Source: Chiloscyllium plagiosum
Taxonomy: Eukaryota
Reading direction: 5' to 3'
Length of the DNA stretch: 64,000 bases
NCBI RefSeq assembly: GCF_004010195.1
Contig: NC_057737.1
Location: forward strand, 1,455,418-1,519,417
The notes under the pieces are model-generated. The model was given only the letters and a program-made list of their open reading frames with translations. It was not told where the DNA came from and made no database searches. A program made the position numbers and the translations under genes. Below are positions 50,362-63,844 of this stretch, in pieces (within the stretch, counting starts at the first letter, position 1; each line of letters opens with the position of its first letter).

Positions 50362-51485
50362 GTGAGTAGTCCCCTTAAAAAGACTTGTCATTTCCGAAGG
50401 AGCAGTGCTCCGAAAACTTGTGATTTTAAATAAACCTGTGTCATGTCACTTTTGACTATGTCCATTCCAGTCCAACACCAGCGTCTCCACATTTTTAATT
50501 CATAAAGAAACTTTCACAACCTTTGTACCTTCTCCGCGTGTCTGCCTGGGTTCCCTCTGGGTGCTCCGGTTTCCTCCCACAGACCAGAGATGTGCAGGTT
50601 AGGGTGGATTGGTCACAGGGATTGCAGGATTATAGGGATGGGCTGGATCTGCGTGGGATGCTCTTGGGAGGGTCAGTGTGGACTTGATGGGCTGAATGGC
50701 CTGCTTCCACACTGTAGAGATTCAATTCTACTCAACCTCACAACATCCCAAGTGTAATACCCCAACGCACTTGCTGAATTTGGTTAGGTGTGTGATGATC
50801 TGCATCTCACACGCTATGAAACCACAGATTCACCTTTGCCAGCCCGCTGTGGATGTGAGAAACAACGAACTGCCCCATCCCACAATCTCTCACAATAAAA
50901 AACACTTGGATCATAACTGACTTCTTACCTCATCTCAGAGTGCTCAGTAGTGCTGAGCAGCTAGAGGAGTATTTGATGAACATTGCCATAATGTAGGAAA
51001 AGCAGCAATAACTTTAACAAATCATGTTCTCACAGAACAGCTGAAAATCAATAACAATTAGATGACGATAAACTGCAGAAATTGGTCAAAGGCTAAATAT
51101 TGGGTGGATCACCAAGGATCACGAGGTAATGGCTGTGGAAGATGGCTTCACAACTCAATCAAAGGACAAGATTTACCCCAGTGCAGCACTCCCTCTGCAC
51201 CGCACCATCGCGGCGGCCTCAGACTTTTGAGCCTGTTCCTGGAGTGGGACTTTCAGAATACGGGACCCTACACTTCCCACCTTTAAACATCTGGCCAGCT
51301 GTACAGCCCTGCAGCAGTTTTGGGATTTTGCTCCTTGCTCCTCCTTCCCAATTTGGAGGAAAGGTCAGGATTAGGATTGAGGTCACCTACCTTCCCACAC
51401 AAATACCAACAGGTCACAATGAAGACTCTCCAAAATAAACCCCTGGCATTTCTTTGCAGTCAATAGATTATGTTTTCTGTTTCAG

Positions 51486-51569
51486 ACAGACATCATGTCC
51501 ACTACATCAAGACAACTGAGTGGACAGATCTTTATTTTAACATGGGCTGTTGCCTTACTTTTCATAGAA
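51486..51569 (+). CDS. TRPV3: TRPV3-like exon (S2)
   Basis: TDIMSTTSRQLSGQIFILTWAVALLFIE, compare TRPV3 QLLGRMFVLIWAMCISVKE; TTTCAG acceptor, GTAAGT donor. Confidence 0.8.
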
Positions 51570-52366
51570 GTAAGTACACAATTCCTTTATCCTACATTGA
51601 GTTTCTTTGTCTAAAGGGTCAGGAAATATTTCAAAAGGCACATGACCTGATAACCTGCATAATAAACAGGGTGAGAGAATAACAGAAAGGACATTTTGCG
51701 AATGTGCCTTTAGCGCAACTACATCTGAAAAATATTTAACATAAAATCATATGAATGAGAGGAGGTGGCCATTCAGCCCATCTAGACAGCTCTTTCACTA
51801 AGTAATGACTGATCGCATTGTGGGTTAAACTCTATCTTCCAGCCCGTCCCCAATAATACTCATCGCCCTCATACATCAAAAATCAATCCAGCTCAGCTGT
51901 GAGATATTCCTTTGACTCCAACCTCCAATACTCTCTGGGAAACAGAATTTCTAATGTTAACAATTCAAGAATCCGCTCATCTCCATCTTAAATGGAAGAC
52001 CCCTGATTTTTCAATGTACCCCCAGTTTCTCCCACAGTTGTGTACTCGCAACATCTTACCCATGAAGCCCATCAGAATTTTGTATATTTCAATAAGATTA
52101 CCCCTATTCTTCTAAACATTTACTGTCTATAATTTTCCTCATTGCTGAAGGGGGTGTGACCAACGTCCCCAAGATTGATTTTCCAAGTGAGGTCCATGTC
52201 CTCAGTAAAAGAGACATCCTTTGCCAAAATAAAAAGGGAAGGTGGTTTGGAAGAATGAGAAACGAAACACAAGATTCTGAGGGATCTCGACAGGATGGCT
52301 GTTGTGAGGACATTTCTTCTGGGGGTCATAATCTCAGATAGAAACCCCCTCATCCACATGGAGATT

Positions 52367-52490
52367 TGAGTGAGAGTGAGGACAAGAGTGTGAGAGAGAT
52401 TGAGTGAGTGAATGAGTGAGTGAGAGATTGAATGAGTGAGAGATTGAATGAGTGAGAGAATGAGAGTGAGTGAGTGAAAGTGAGTGAGAG
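52367..52490. repeat. (GAGT)n-type microsatellite
   Basis: Direct inspection. Confidence 0.85.
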
Positions 52491-52737
52491 CACCAGAGCA
52501 TGCAGCAGAGGGCAAGAGCAAGAGTACAAGACAGAATCATCAAAGATAACTCCTGAACTGATTGTGTCCTGGAGTCCCTGCTGACCTTAACTAAACTGAA
52601 TTGTACCCAACAGCAGTAAACTGGTTGGTCTTATAATTACCCCTATTTTGTGTTGTGTTACACTGTAGTTATGGAGCATTATAAATTTGATCTGGTTATT
52701 TGTATAATGTGGGGTTGGGTAGGGCTTTGTTATATCA

Positions 52738-52937
52738 GTGGTGCTGGAAGAGCACAGCAGTTCAGACAGCATCCGAGGACAGGCAAAGTCCGAGGACGGG
52801 CTTTTGATTCCTGATGAAGGGCTTTTGCCCGAAACGTCGATTTTGCCTGTCCTCGGATGCTGCCTGAATTGCTGTGCTCTTCCAGCACCACTGATCCAGA
52901 ATCTGGTTTCCAGCATCTGCAGTCATTGTTTTTACCT
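52738..52937. mobile_element. Short inverted Penelope-type element with hammerhead-like core
   Basis: 13-bp duplication CTTTGTTATATCA (52725-52737 / 52938-52950); CTGATGAAGGGCTTTTGCCCGAAACGTC at 52811-52838. Confidence 0.75.
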
Positions 52938-53484
52938 CTTTGTTATATCACATTAACTTGAATTTGGCTGAAGCTGGTTTTGGTCATTTCTAAATGGCTT
53001 GTTAATGTAATCAGAGTGACATAGTGCTCACATCGCTAGATGAATAAGCCAGAGACTCTGGCGATGACCCAGAGACATGGTAACATTTCACAACGGTACC
53101 TTGAAAATAATTGGATTCAATTATTTAATTAAATAGAGGTTAAACAGCTAGCGTGGTCTCAGAAATGGTGGCCAGGGAGCTGTTTGATCGCTGCAGAAAC
53201 CCAACAGATCCTTCCGGAATGTAGTCCAAGTGATGTCAGACCTGCATCAACATGATTTACTCAACTCCGAGTGAAATAGCAGACCAAAGGCAGGTTGTGC
53301 TCATCTCCTGGGCAATGATCACAACCATATAATTGCCCACATCCTAGGATTCCATTAATTCATCCATCCCTTGCCTGTTTTGTTTTGAAATAAGCTGGAT
53401 TTGTTTATGAGTTCTTTTAAAACTGATTCTAGTTGCATTGAATTGGTATGATTTAATATTAAAAATTTTTAAAAAATCTTATAG

Positions 53485-53558
53485 GTAGCATCAATAATTC
53501 ACTTGAGACTTTCGGACCTGCAATCAATAATGACAGATGCATGGTTCCACATCCTGTT
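53485..53558 (+). CDS. TRPV3: TRPV3-like exon (S2-S3 linker)
   Basis: VASIIHLRLSDLQSIMTDAWFHIL(F), compare TRPV3 LRPSDLQSILSDAWFHFVF; 74 nt. Confidence 0.9.
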
Positions 53559-55480
53559 GTGAGTGTACCCCTTAATATTTGAATTGGGGTTGGGGAGTTG
53601 TCAGCAGAATTGAGGAGGGGGTGGATGAGGGGTTTAGTGAGCTGGAGTTGGGGAGGGGGTTGGGGGGGTCAGTTAGCTGAGNNNNNNNNNNNNNNNNNNN
53701 NNNNNNNNNNNNNNNNNNNNNNNNNNNNNNNNNNNNNNNNNNNNNNNNNNNNNNNNNNNNNNNNNNNNNNNNNNNNNNNNNNNNNNNNNNNNNNNNNNNN
53801 NNNNNNNNNNNNNNNNNNNNNNNNNNNNNNNNNNNNNNNNNNNNNNNNNNNNNNNNNNNNNNNNNNNNNNNNNNNNNNNNNNNNNNNNNNNNNNNNNNNN
53901 NNNNNNNNNNNNNNNNNNNNNNNNNNNNNNNNNNNNNNNNNNNNNNNNNNNNNNNNNNNNNNNNNNNNNNNNNNNNNNNNNNNNNNNNNNNNNNNNNNNN
54001 NNNNNNNNNNNNNNNNNNNNNNNNNNNNNNNNNNNNNNNNNNNNNNNNNNNNNNNNNNNNNNNNNNNNNNNNNNNNNNNNNNNNNNNNNNNNNNNNNNNN
54101 NNNNNNNNNNNNNNNNNNNNNNNNNNNNNNNNNNNNNNNNNNNNNNNNNNNNNNNNNNNNNNNNNNNNNNNNNNNNNNNNNNNNNNNNNNNNNNNNNNNN
54201 NNNNNNNNNNNNNNNNNNNNNNNNNNNNNNNNNNNNNNNNNNNNNNNNNNNNNNNNNNNNNNNNNNNNNNNNNNNNNNNNNNNNNNNNNNNNNNNNNNNN
54301 NNNNNNNNNNNNNNNNNNNNNNNNNNNNNNNNNNNNNNNNNNNNNNNNNNNNGCCGGGGTGGGTCAGTTAGCTGGGGTCGGGGAGGGGGTCGGGCGTGGG
54401 TCAGTTAGCAGAATTGGCCCAGTTGATCAGCGTGTGATACAGAGTGATACCAACATTGGGTGTTGAACGTCCCACCCTGCCTGGGGTTACAATGAAGGAC
54501 TCTCCTCATCAACCTCTCCCCTCACTTGTGGTAAGGTGCCCCCCAGTTGAACCACCTCTGCCTCTCTCTCACACACACACACACATGGGAGCAGTTGTAC
54601 TGTTAAGAACTATGGTAACTTTACCTTTAATCATCAAATGGATTAGGACAGGGGTCTCTTGTTAACCAAACTGTAAAAAAAATTGAGCTCCATTCAAAGA
54701 CTTGGATATAATCTAGGCTGGCAATCAGGAATGTTGCATTATCGAAGCTCATCCCCTTTCTCAAATAAATCCTTGAAAGGATGGACACATCAGTGCCTGC
54801 CTGAAATCCTCGTTGCCCTTGGGATGATGGCTCAGTGCTGCTTTATTGCACAGCTGCAGTCCACATGGAGTCGATAGATCCACAATGCCAGTAGGAAGGC
54901 ATTCCTGTGTCCCAGTCACATGGACGGAACAGTGATCCATTTCCCAAACTGGACGGTGAGGGGGTTTGTAGGGGTACATGAACAAACTAGCTGCCTCAAA
55001 ACTCCAGGCATCATCTTTTATATTTGGGTTAGAGTCTTCATGGACCACCCCCAATAGTCTCAGGTTTCATCACTCCAAACAAAGTCACCAATTTTAAGAC
55101 TTGGGTTTGCAGATCTAGGTGTAGAGTAGATTGCAATATTCAAGAAATGTTGCATGGGCAGAGGCTAAAAGTAATCCATCAGCTAACACCTCAACAAAAT
55201 AAATGTTGGTTATCACATAGTTGCTTACTGCCTGCAGATCAGTTGTCCCATTTTCTACATGAAAGCAACAAACCTGTTTCAAAAGTAGGAGAGATTGAGG
55301 GCTGCAGATGCTGGAGGTCAGAGTCGAGAATGTGGTGCTGGAAAAGCACAGCAGGTCAGGCAGCATCCGAGGAGCAGGAGAATTGACGTTTCCAGCACTA
55401 GCCCTTCATCAGGAATCCTTCAAAAGTTCTCCGTTGTGCTTTAGATTGATATAAATACAAAGGTTTTGTTCTCCTTCCAG

Positions 55481-55646
55481 CTTTTTGCAGTCTGGGCTGG
55501 CAGTCTTATGCACGATATTAAACTGGGCAGGTGTGGAGTCCCACCTGGCGATCCAGGTGTTGGCTATGGCTCTGAGCTGGATTAATATCCTGTACTATAC
55601 CCGCGGGTTCCAGAGCATGGGAATCTACAGTGTTATGCTACAGAAG
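55481..55646 (+). CDS. TRPV3: TRPV3-like exon (S3-S4, S4-S5 linker)
   Basis: FLQSGLAVL...VLAMALSWINILYYTRGFQSMGIYSVMLQK, 166 nt. Confidence 0.92.
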
Positions 55647-57666
55647 GTAAGAACCAGCCTTACAATTCAAAGCCCGAAACAAAAGGTGGATGAAGCATTT
55701 TAAGTTAAAGGTTTTTGTCCTAAGAGTCAGAGATGCACGCACAACAATTTCTACATCAATGAGAAGTGAGTGCTGAGGGCCATTTTGGGAATGAAGGGGC
55801 AGCAGGAACAGCAGCCAGGGTTAGCTCTCTGGTCAGACAGGCAGACTCTGGTCAGTCCAGTACTTCCACGGCAATGCAGCACCCCACGGCAAATATGTGC
55901 TCCCTTTTGTAAAGTCTAAAAACAACTAGCTTTTGCCTACATAAAACAACGTTGTGTTAACGTGTACAGCTTCCAGGACATGCAAACGCATCACACTTTC
56001 CAATGTAATTCTCAACACTGTCCAAATTATTTATTAAGAGTTACCCATCAGCAGTCACATCCAATGGTAGACCCGTGCTCAAAGGTTTACAAACCCTGGC
56101 TGCTTGACTGTGATTGACACACTGTCCACTGCAGAAGGTCAACAAGGGGAGTTGCATTTTGTTACATGACCATGCCAACACCCTGGTCAGAGTCTACCTC
56201 CCTGCACTGAGAAGTGAGATTGCCAAATGGCTGTTCCTGATCCATCTCCATGCCAACAACAAGCCGACCAACCAGCACTCTCTCCTTCTGCTATATAAAT
56301 TGGTGTCCTCTTCTCAAGTACATTTCCTGTGTCCCAGTCAAGGTGAGTCTAAGTTGAAAAAGTATGACTGTCTTTTTTTAAAAGCAATATTTATATTCTG
56401 AAATACTCCCACACAAAACATAAGAAACTAGGAGCAGGAGGAGGCTGTCTGGCCCTTCGGTGAGGACTGCAGATGCTGGAGATCAGAGCCAAGATTAGAG
56501 TGGTGCTGGAAAAGCACAGCAGGTCAGGCAGCATCCGAGGAGCAGGAATTCCTGATGAAGGGCTCCCGCCCGAAACGTCGATTCTCCTGCTCCTGTTCAA
56601 AAAAAAGCTACCTTAGCTTTAAAAACATCTACTGAAGTAACTGTCAGCTACTTCACTGGGCAGGGAATTCCAAAAATTCACAACCCTCTGGGTGAAAAAG
56701 TTCTTCCTCAATTCAGTCCTAAATCTGCTTCCCCTAATTTTGAGGTTAAGACCTCTTATCCTAGTTTCACCTGCCAGTGGAAACATCCTCTGATGATGAT
56801 GGAAATGAGCATGGAGGATTATTTGAAATAATGTCTTTCATGAACAAATGTTGCTGAAGGAGGAGGAGACTGAGTCATAGCAAGGCAGCCCAGAGATATA
56901 ACTGAACCAAGGAGAGTGAGGGAGTAGGAAACCCAATGAACTGCAGATGCTGGAAATCAGGAATTGCTGGAAAAGCTCAGCAGGTCTGGCAGCATCTGTG
57001 GAGAGAAATCAGTAAACATTTCAAGTGACCCTTCCTCAGAATTTGAGAGTGAGGAATAGTCTGTATGAACAACTTGCGTTCACGTAATGCCTTTGACACA
57101 AGATGACGATCCAAAGGAACGCAGCAGCCTTACGAAAATAATTAAAACCGAGCCAAAGAGATTAGGACAGAATCTCAGTCTTAAAGTGGTAGTGAGGTTC
57201 AATGAGGAATGGGTGTTTGGCCAAAGCAGCAGATGGCACAGCTGGTAGAGAGGCCCCAAAGGGAGTGAGGTTTAAAACAGGTTTTGAAACAGTTCTTGGG
57301 AGGCTGCAGAGATTAGGAAGGATAATGCACTGGGGGAGTCTGAACACAAAGATCACATTCTAAGTTTCAGTATTGCTCAACAGTCATTCCAAACTGGAAA
57401 TAGAAAGGCAGTTCAAGTTTAACATAAGATAGAAAGTGCTAACACGGCAACCGGGCTCCATACACATTGCAAGTTAAATGTAGGTAGACCTCTCCCCATG
57501 GTCTTTGCCTCCCTGCTCTGCCACAGCTGATCAGCAGGACCATGGCACACCACTGACTAGGCAGTGATAAAGAACTGAAAATGTGTTGCTGGAAAAGCGC
57601 AGCAGGTCAGGCAGCATCCAAGGAGCAGGAGAATCGACGTTTCGGGCATGAGCCCTTCTTCAGGAA

Positions 57667-58590
57667 GTAAAATTAGGGCGCATGGTATTGGGGGCAAAGT
57701 ACTAACTTGGATTGAAAGTTGGTTGGCTAATAGGAAACAAAGNNNNNNNNNNNNNNNNNNNNNNNNNNNNNNNNNNNNNNNNNNNNNNNNNNNNNNNNNN
57801 NNNNNNNNNNNNNNNNNNNNNNNNNNNNNNNNNNNNNNNNNNNNNNNNNNNNNNNNNNNNNNNNNNNNNNNNNNNNNNNNNNNNNNNNNNNNNNNNNNNN
57901 NNNNNNNNNNNNNNNNNNNNNNNNNNNNNNNNNNNNNNNNNNNNNNNNNNNNNNNNNNNNNNNNNNNNNNNNNNNNNNNNNNNNNNNNNNNNNNNNNNNN
58001 NNNNNNNNNNNNNNNNNNNNNNNNNNNNNNNNNNNNNNNNNNNNNNNNNNNNNNNNNNNNNNNNNNNNNNNNNNNNNNNNNNNNNNNNNNNNNNNNNNNN
58101 NNNNNNNNNNNNNNNNNNNNNNNNNNNNNNNNNNNNNNNNNNNNNNNNNNNNNNNNNNNNNNNNNNNNNNNNNNNNNNNNNNNNNNNNNNNNNNNNNNNN
58201 NNNNNNNNNNNNNNNNNNNNNNNNNNNNNNNNNNNNNNNNNNNNNNNNNNNNNNNNNNNNNNNNNNNNNNCTGATGGGTGAGTGCCGAACCAGAGGACAC
58301 AGCTTAAAAATACGGGGTAGACCATTTAGGACAGAGATAAGGAGAAACCTCTTCACCCAGAGATTGGTGGCTGTGTGGAATGCTCTGCCCCAGAGGGCAG
58401 TGGAGGCCCACTCTCTGGATTCATTTAAGAAAAAGTTGGATAGAGCTCTCAAATTTAGTGGAATCAAGGGTTATGGAGATAAGGCAGGAACAGGATACTG
58501 ATTAGGAATGATCAGCCATGATTATATTGAATGGCAGTGCAGGCTCGAAGGGCAGAATGGCCTACTCCTGCACCTATTGTCTATTGTCTA
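57667..58590 (+). mobile_element. CR1 fragment spanning a gap (57743-58270)
   Basis: KIRAHGIGGKVLTWIESWL before the gap; RTRGHSLKIRG..FTQR..WNALP and tail after it. Confidence 0.85.
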
Positions 58591-58753
58591 TTGTCTCACT
58601 TTCTCCTAGTGATAAAGAACAGTCAAGGAGGGAGTTTCATCCCTCAATGATACTACTGCTTAACGTGGGTAAAGCAAATAAGCATTCCCAATCTGTTTTT
58701 TTTTAAAAATGTAATCATTGATCCTGCTAAATCACAATTATTTTCATTTTCAG

Positions 58754-58820
58754 ATTCTGCTAACCGATGTTGCGCGATTCCTGTTTATTTATTTACTATT
58801 CCTAATCGGATTTGGTACAG
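58754..58820 (+). CDS. TRPV3: TRPV3-like exon (S5)
   Basis: ILLTDVARFLFIYLLFLIGFGT(A), 67 nt. Confidence 0.9.
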
Positions 58821-58919
58821 GTAAATTTTCTGTTGTATTTTCCAATTTCTCTTAGCCTGTAAATTCCTTTCCAATTTCTCTTAAAACTGTCGGGGTCCTA
58901 CAAATGCAAAGTCCAAGAG

Positions 58920-59268
58920 ATAGAATCATAGAATCCCCAGTATGGTAACAGGCCATTTGGCCCAACAAGTCCACACCAACTCTCCAATGAGCATCCCACC
59001 CAGACACATCTCTGTAACCCTGTATTTTCCATGACTAATGCAGCAAACCTACACATTCCTGGAAACTATGGGCAATTTTCCACTGCCAGTACACCGAACC
59101 TGCATATCTTTGTGAATGTGGGAGAAAACTGGAACAGCCAGAGGAAACCCAGGCAGGCACAGGGAAAATGTGCAAAATCCACACAGACAGTCGCCTGAGG
59201 GTGGAATTGAACTTGGGTCCCTGGCACTGGGAGGCCACAGTGCTAACCACTGAGCCACCATGCCACCC
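58920..59268 (-). mobile_element. HE1-like V-SINE
   Basis: tRNA-like head and V-domain on the minus strand. Confidence 0.8.
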
Positions 59269-59872
59269 TATTCCATTGGGATGATTCCATTGCACACAAA
59301 ACCAGCTCCTGATACATTCACTGATCCCAATTCCATTACAGCATTCTAACTGTTGTAAACAATGATATCTTCATCTAAACCAGATGATTCTGATGGAACT
59401 TTAAAATACAAGATTCATGATTCTTCCATTGCTCTCTGCCAATGCAACATCTTCCTGGCCCATATCTTCACTGTACAGAGACCCCCATCCTGCTGTTCCT
59501 GGCTAAACTTGGTTAACACCAGGACTGTCCGCATCCTGGAGCTGACAACTAAACAGCACAGTGGGTGTAACATCATGGCAAAGGATCGCCAACGCTTTAA
59601 AGGGCAACACCCACATATGATGAGCAAATAAAATGGAATTTCTCTGTGACACAAACAACCAATTCAAGATAAAAAGGCCTGGCTATTGGAAAGCTGCACA
59701 TTTGAAGGGTTCCTATGCAGAGGGAGGGAGGGATGAAGCAAAACAGACAAAAGATGCAGTGCAGGTCTATCCAAAACCACGGATGAAACTGCAGTGCCCG
59801 CTCATTAACGGGAGGTAGTTCAGTTTGAACTTCACTCTCTTCAAACATAATTTAAAATTCTGACTCCTACAG

Positions 59873-60144
59873 CACTTGCCTCCCTGATTCAGGGGTGCCA
59901 GGACAATGAACAGTGCAGTGCTTTCGCCAGTTTCAACACTGCAATTCTGGAGCTATTCAAGCTAACCATTGGACTGGGTGACCTGGAAGTACAGAAACAA
60001 GTAAAATACCCAGAGCTCTTCCTCTTCGTGTTGGTGTTGTATGTTGTCCTGACCTTTGTCCTCCTGTTGAACATGCTGATCGCACTGATGGGGGAGACCG
60101 TGGAGAACATTTCCAAAGAGAGTAAAAACATCTGGAAACTACAG
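59873..60144 (+). CDS. TRPV3: TRPV3-like exon (turret, pore helix, S6, TRP box)
   Basis: [38 protein letters not shown]...[32 protein letters not shown]; GLGD filter and short two-Cys turret as in TRPV3; 272 nt. Confidence 0.93.
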
Positions 60145-61189
60145 GTATCTCAAAAATGTCTGCTTCTATTATTACAACAGTTTTTCGATCAGGTGAAACT
60201 TCTCACAAACTGTTGAACTGGATGATCCTCCAGGCCCAGCCGCTGCTTTCCTGGTAACTCATTCAATTGGCCATCCCTTATTCCCCAAATCAGTCAGCTT
60301 GACAAGACCGAGAGGCCCTACACCATCTGTAAGCCCGACTGCAAACCACACACCATCCTATTAACACTGTCCTCTCACTGTCACTGGGTCAAAGTCCTGG
60401 GACATCATTCCGAGCAGCATGGCTAGTGTACCTCACCACAGGGATAGCAGTGGCTCATCACCAGACTGGACAATAATGCAGGAGCAATAAATGCCAACTT
60501 TGTCAGCAACACCTACATTCCATACAAATAAAGCCTGAAAAACTAACATTGCCTCCCCACAGTCAGCAAGCTGGGTGACCAAAGCAGAAATCCAAGTGCA
60601 ACACCCTACACTTCCAGACGTAATCAATGTCTGGACTGGGAATGGGAATGCCAGCCACATTTCCACATCTGAAATGCTAAAGCTTATAGTTTCCCTTCCA
60701 ACACCTTAACTCTGATCAGTTGGTGCTGGGACCTTCTGGTCAGTGAAAGAAGACTGAAGAGGGCTGAAGCTAATCTGTAAAGCCCTGCATCAGATCAAGC
60801 TGCATATTTCCAGAAGAGGCCATCACAGTAACTGAGAAACACTAACTGTACAGTAAAACAGAGCAAATCACCAAGGGGAGCTGTACAACCCCTGGCCTAC
60901 ATTGTCACACTATTAACTAATGAATTAAGCCATTAACAACTTTACATGACAGGACAAAAAAAAAGATTTTCTCTGACACAAAAATAACAATAACAACAAC
61001 AACTTCTGGAAACCAATTCAAAAACACCTTCTCCTTAAAATTATCCAATGCATTAAGCCAAGCGTTCTTCATTCACTCAATGTAAGCAATGATTTATTGC
61101 CCATCGCTAACTGACTTGGAGAAGCTAGTGGTTAGCTACCTTGTTGCATAGCTGCAGCCCAACTGCCAGTGCACGGTGTTGTCAGGGAG

Positions 61190-62135
61190 CTTGAACTGAA
61201 ATGAATTGAATTGAATTTATTGTCACGTGAACCGAGGCACAGTGAAAAGCTTTGTCTTGCGAGCAATACAGGCAGATCACAGAGTTAAGTAGCATAGATA
61301 AGTAAACAATTAGTAAGCAGCAAACACAAAATCACAGGTACAGATGAATGTTAAGAGTTTGTGAGTCCATTCAGTATTCTGATAACAGTAGGGTAGGAAC
61401 TGTTGTGAAACCGGCTGGTGCGTGTGTTCAGGCTTCTGTACCTTCTCCCTGATGGTAGAGGTTGTAGAAAATCATTTCCAGGGTGGGATGGATCTTTGAG
61501 AATGCTGGCGGCCTTTCCTTGACATTGGGCCTGGTAGATGGATTCTACAGATGGTAGGTTGGCCTTTGTGATTCCCCACTCTCTGTAACCATCTCCGATC
61601 TTGAATGGTACAGTAGCCATACCAGGTAGTGATACATCCGATCACAGAGTTAAGTAGCATAGATAAGTAAACAATTAGTAAGCGGCAAACACAAAATCAC
61701 AGGTACAGATGAATGTTAAGAGTTTGTGAGTCCATTCAGTATTCTGATAACAGTAGGGTAGGAACTGTTGTGAAACCGGCTGGTGTATGTGTTCAGGCTT
61801 CTGTACCTTCTCCCCAATGGTAGAGGTTGTAGAAAAGCATTTTCAGGGTGGGATGGATCTTTGAGAATGCTGGCGGCCTTTCCTTGACAGCAGGCCTGGT
61901 AGATGGATTCTACAGATGGGAGGTTGGCCTTCGTGATTCACCACTCTCTGTAACCATCTCCGATCTTGAATGGTACAGTAGCCATACCAGGTAGTGATAC
62001 ATCCGGACAGAATGCTCTCAATGGTGCACCTATCAATGTCGGCAAAGGTATTCGCTGTTATGCCAAATTCCCTCAGCTGCCTGAGGAAGAAGAGACATTG
62101 TTAGGCCTTTGTAACCAGTGCGTCCACATGAAGAC
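61190..62135 (-). mobile_element. Rex1/Babar-like LINE 3' end with ~365-bp internal tandem duplication
   Basis: CITTWYG.C...LQRV and DPSHPG..LQPLPSGRRYRSLNTRTSRF motifs; the block starting at 61275 is repeated at 61640. Confidence 0.75.
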
Positions 62136-62489
62136 GCACATGATTCACAGCAGTGAAGGAATGGAGATTTATTTCAGAGTCAGGATGATGAGGGGTGCTC
62201 ACCTACATTTGCTGTTCTCTTCTTTCTACATGGAGGAGGTCTGAGGTGGGGACAATGCTGCAGTGCACCTTGTACATGCTGCTGCTACTGTGCAGCAAGA
62301 AGGTAACCTGCTTTACATTCCCTCCAATTTTTCTTGCTGCTGCATGGATCTCAGAAGGTCATACACAGCAGCAGCTCCTGCAATTAGAAGTCAATGTGAA
62401 CACATTGTAATCAGAGTGCAAGACCCTGAGCAACCATGTAGCTTATTGGGAAGATGGAAGGTGGTATATTGCTTTATTTTCCTCCACAG

Positions 62490-63843
62490 GATATAGAACA
62501 GCATAGTACAGAACAGGCCCTTTGGCCCTCGATGTTGCACCAACCTGTGAGCTAATCTAAGCCCATTCCCCGACACTATCCCTTTACCATCCATGTGCTT
62601 ATCCAAGGATTGTTTAAGTCTCATTAATGTGGCTGAGTTAACTACATTAGCAGGTAGGGCATTCCACACCCTTACCACTCTCTGCGTAAAGAGCCTGCCT
62701 CTGACATCTGTCTTAAATCTATCACCCCTCAATTTGTAGTTATGCCCCCTCGTACACGCTGACGACATCATCCTAGGAAAAAGACTCTCTCTGTCTACCC
62801 TATCTAATCCTCTGATCATCTTGTATGTCTCTATCAAATCACCTCTTAGCCTTCTTCTTTCCAATGAGAACAGACCCAAGTCTCTCAGCCTTTCCTCATA
62901 AGACCTTCCCTCCAGACCAGGCAACATCCTAGTAAATCTCCTCTGCACCTTTTCCAATGCTTCCACATCCTTCCTGTAATGGGCCGACCAGAACTGTATA
63001 CAATATTCCAAGTGCGGCCGCACTAGCGCTTTGTCTAGTTGCAGCATGACATTACGGCTCCAGAACTCAATCCCTCCACCAATGAAACCTAACACACCGT
63101 ATGCCTTCTTAACAGCACTATCAACCTGGGTGGCAACTTTCAGGGATCTATGTACATGGACTCCAAGATCCCTCTACACATCCACACTACCAAGAACCTT
63201 TCCATTGACCCAGTACTCTGCCTTCCTGTTATTCTTCCCAAAGTGAATCACCTCACATTTAGCTGCATTGAACTCCATTTGCCACCTCTCAGCCCAATTC
63301 GGCAGTTTATCCAAGTCCCCCTGCAACCTGCAACATTCTTCCACACTGTCCACTACTCCACCGACTTTAGTGTCATCTGCAGATTTACTAACTCATCCAC
63401 CTTTGCCTGCATCCAAATCATTTATAAAAATGTCAAACTGCAGTGGTTCCAAAACAGATCCGGGCTGAATATTTTCCATCAACCACCACTCGCTGCCTTC
63501 TTTCAGAAAGCCAGTTTCTAATCCAAACTGCTAAATCACCCTCAACTCCATGTCTCTGCATTTTCTCCAACAGCCTACCATGTGGAACCTTATCACAGGC
63601 TTTACTGAAGTCCATGTATACCACATCAACTGCCCTAGTCTCATCTAAATGCTTGGTCACCTTCTCAAAAAACTCAATGAGGTTTGTGAGACACGACCTG
63701 CCCTTGCCGAAACCATGTTGACTATCTGAAATCAAATTGTTGCTTACTAGATGATTACAAATCCTATCTCTTATAATCCTTTCCAAAACCTTTCCTACAA
63801 CAGAAGTAAGGCTCACTGGTCTATAATGACCTGGGTCATCTCT
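62490..63843 (-). mobile_element. Relatively young CR1 LINE RT/3' fragment
   Basis: Long ORFs with DFSKACDKVPH, LVRPHLEYCIQFWS and RGDLIETYK. Confidence 0.92.
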
Positions 63844-63844
63844 A

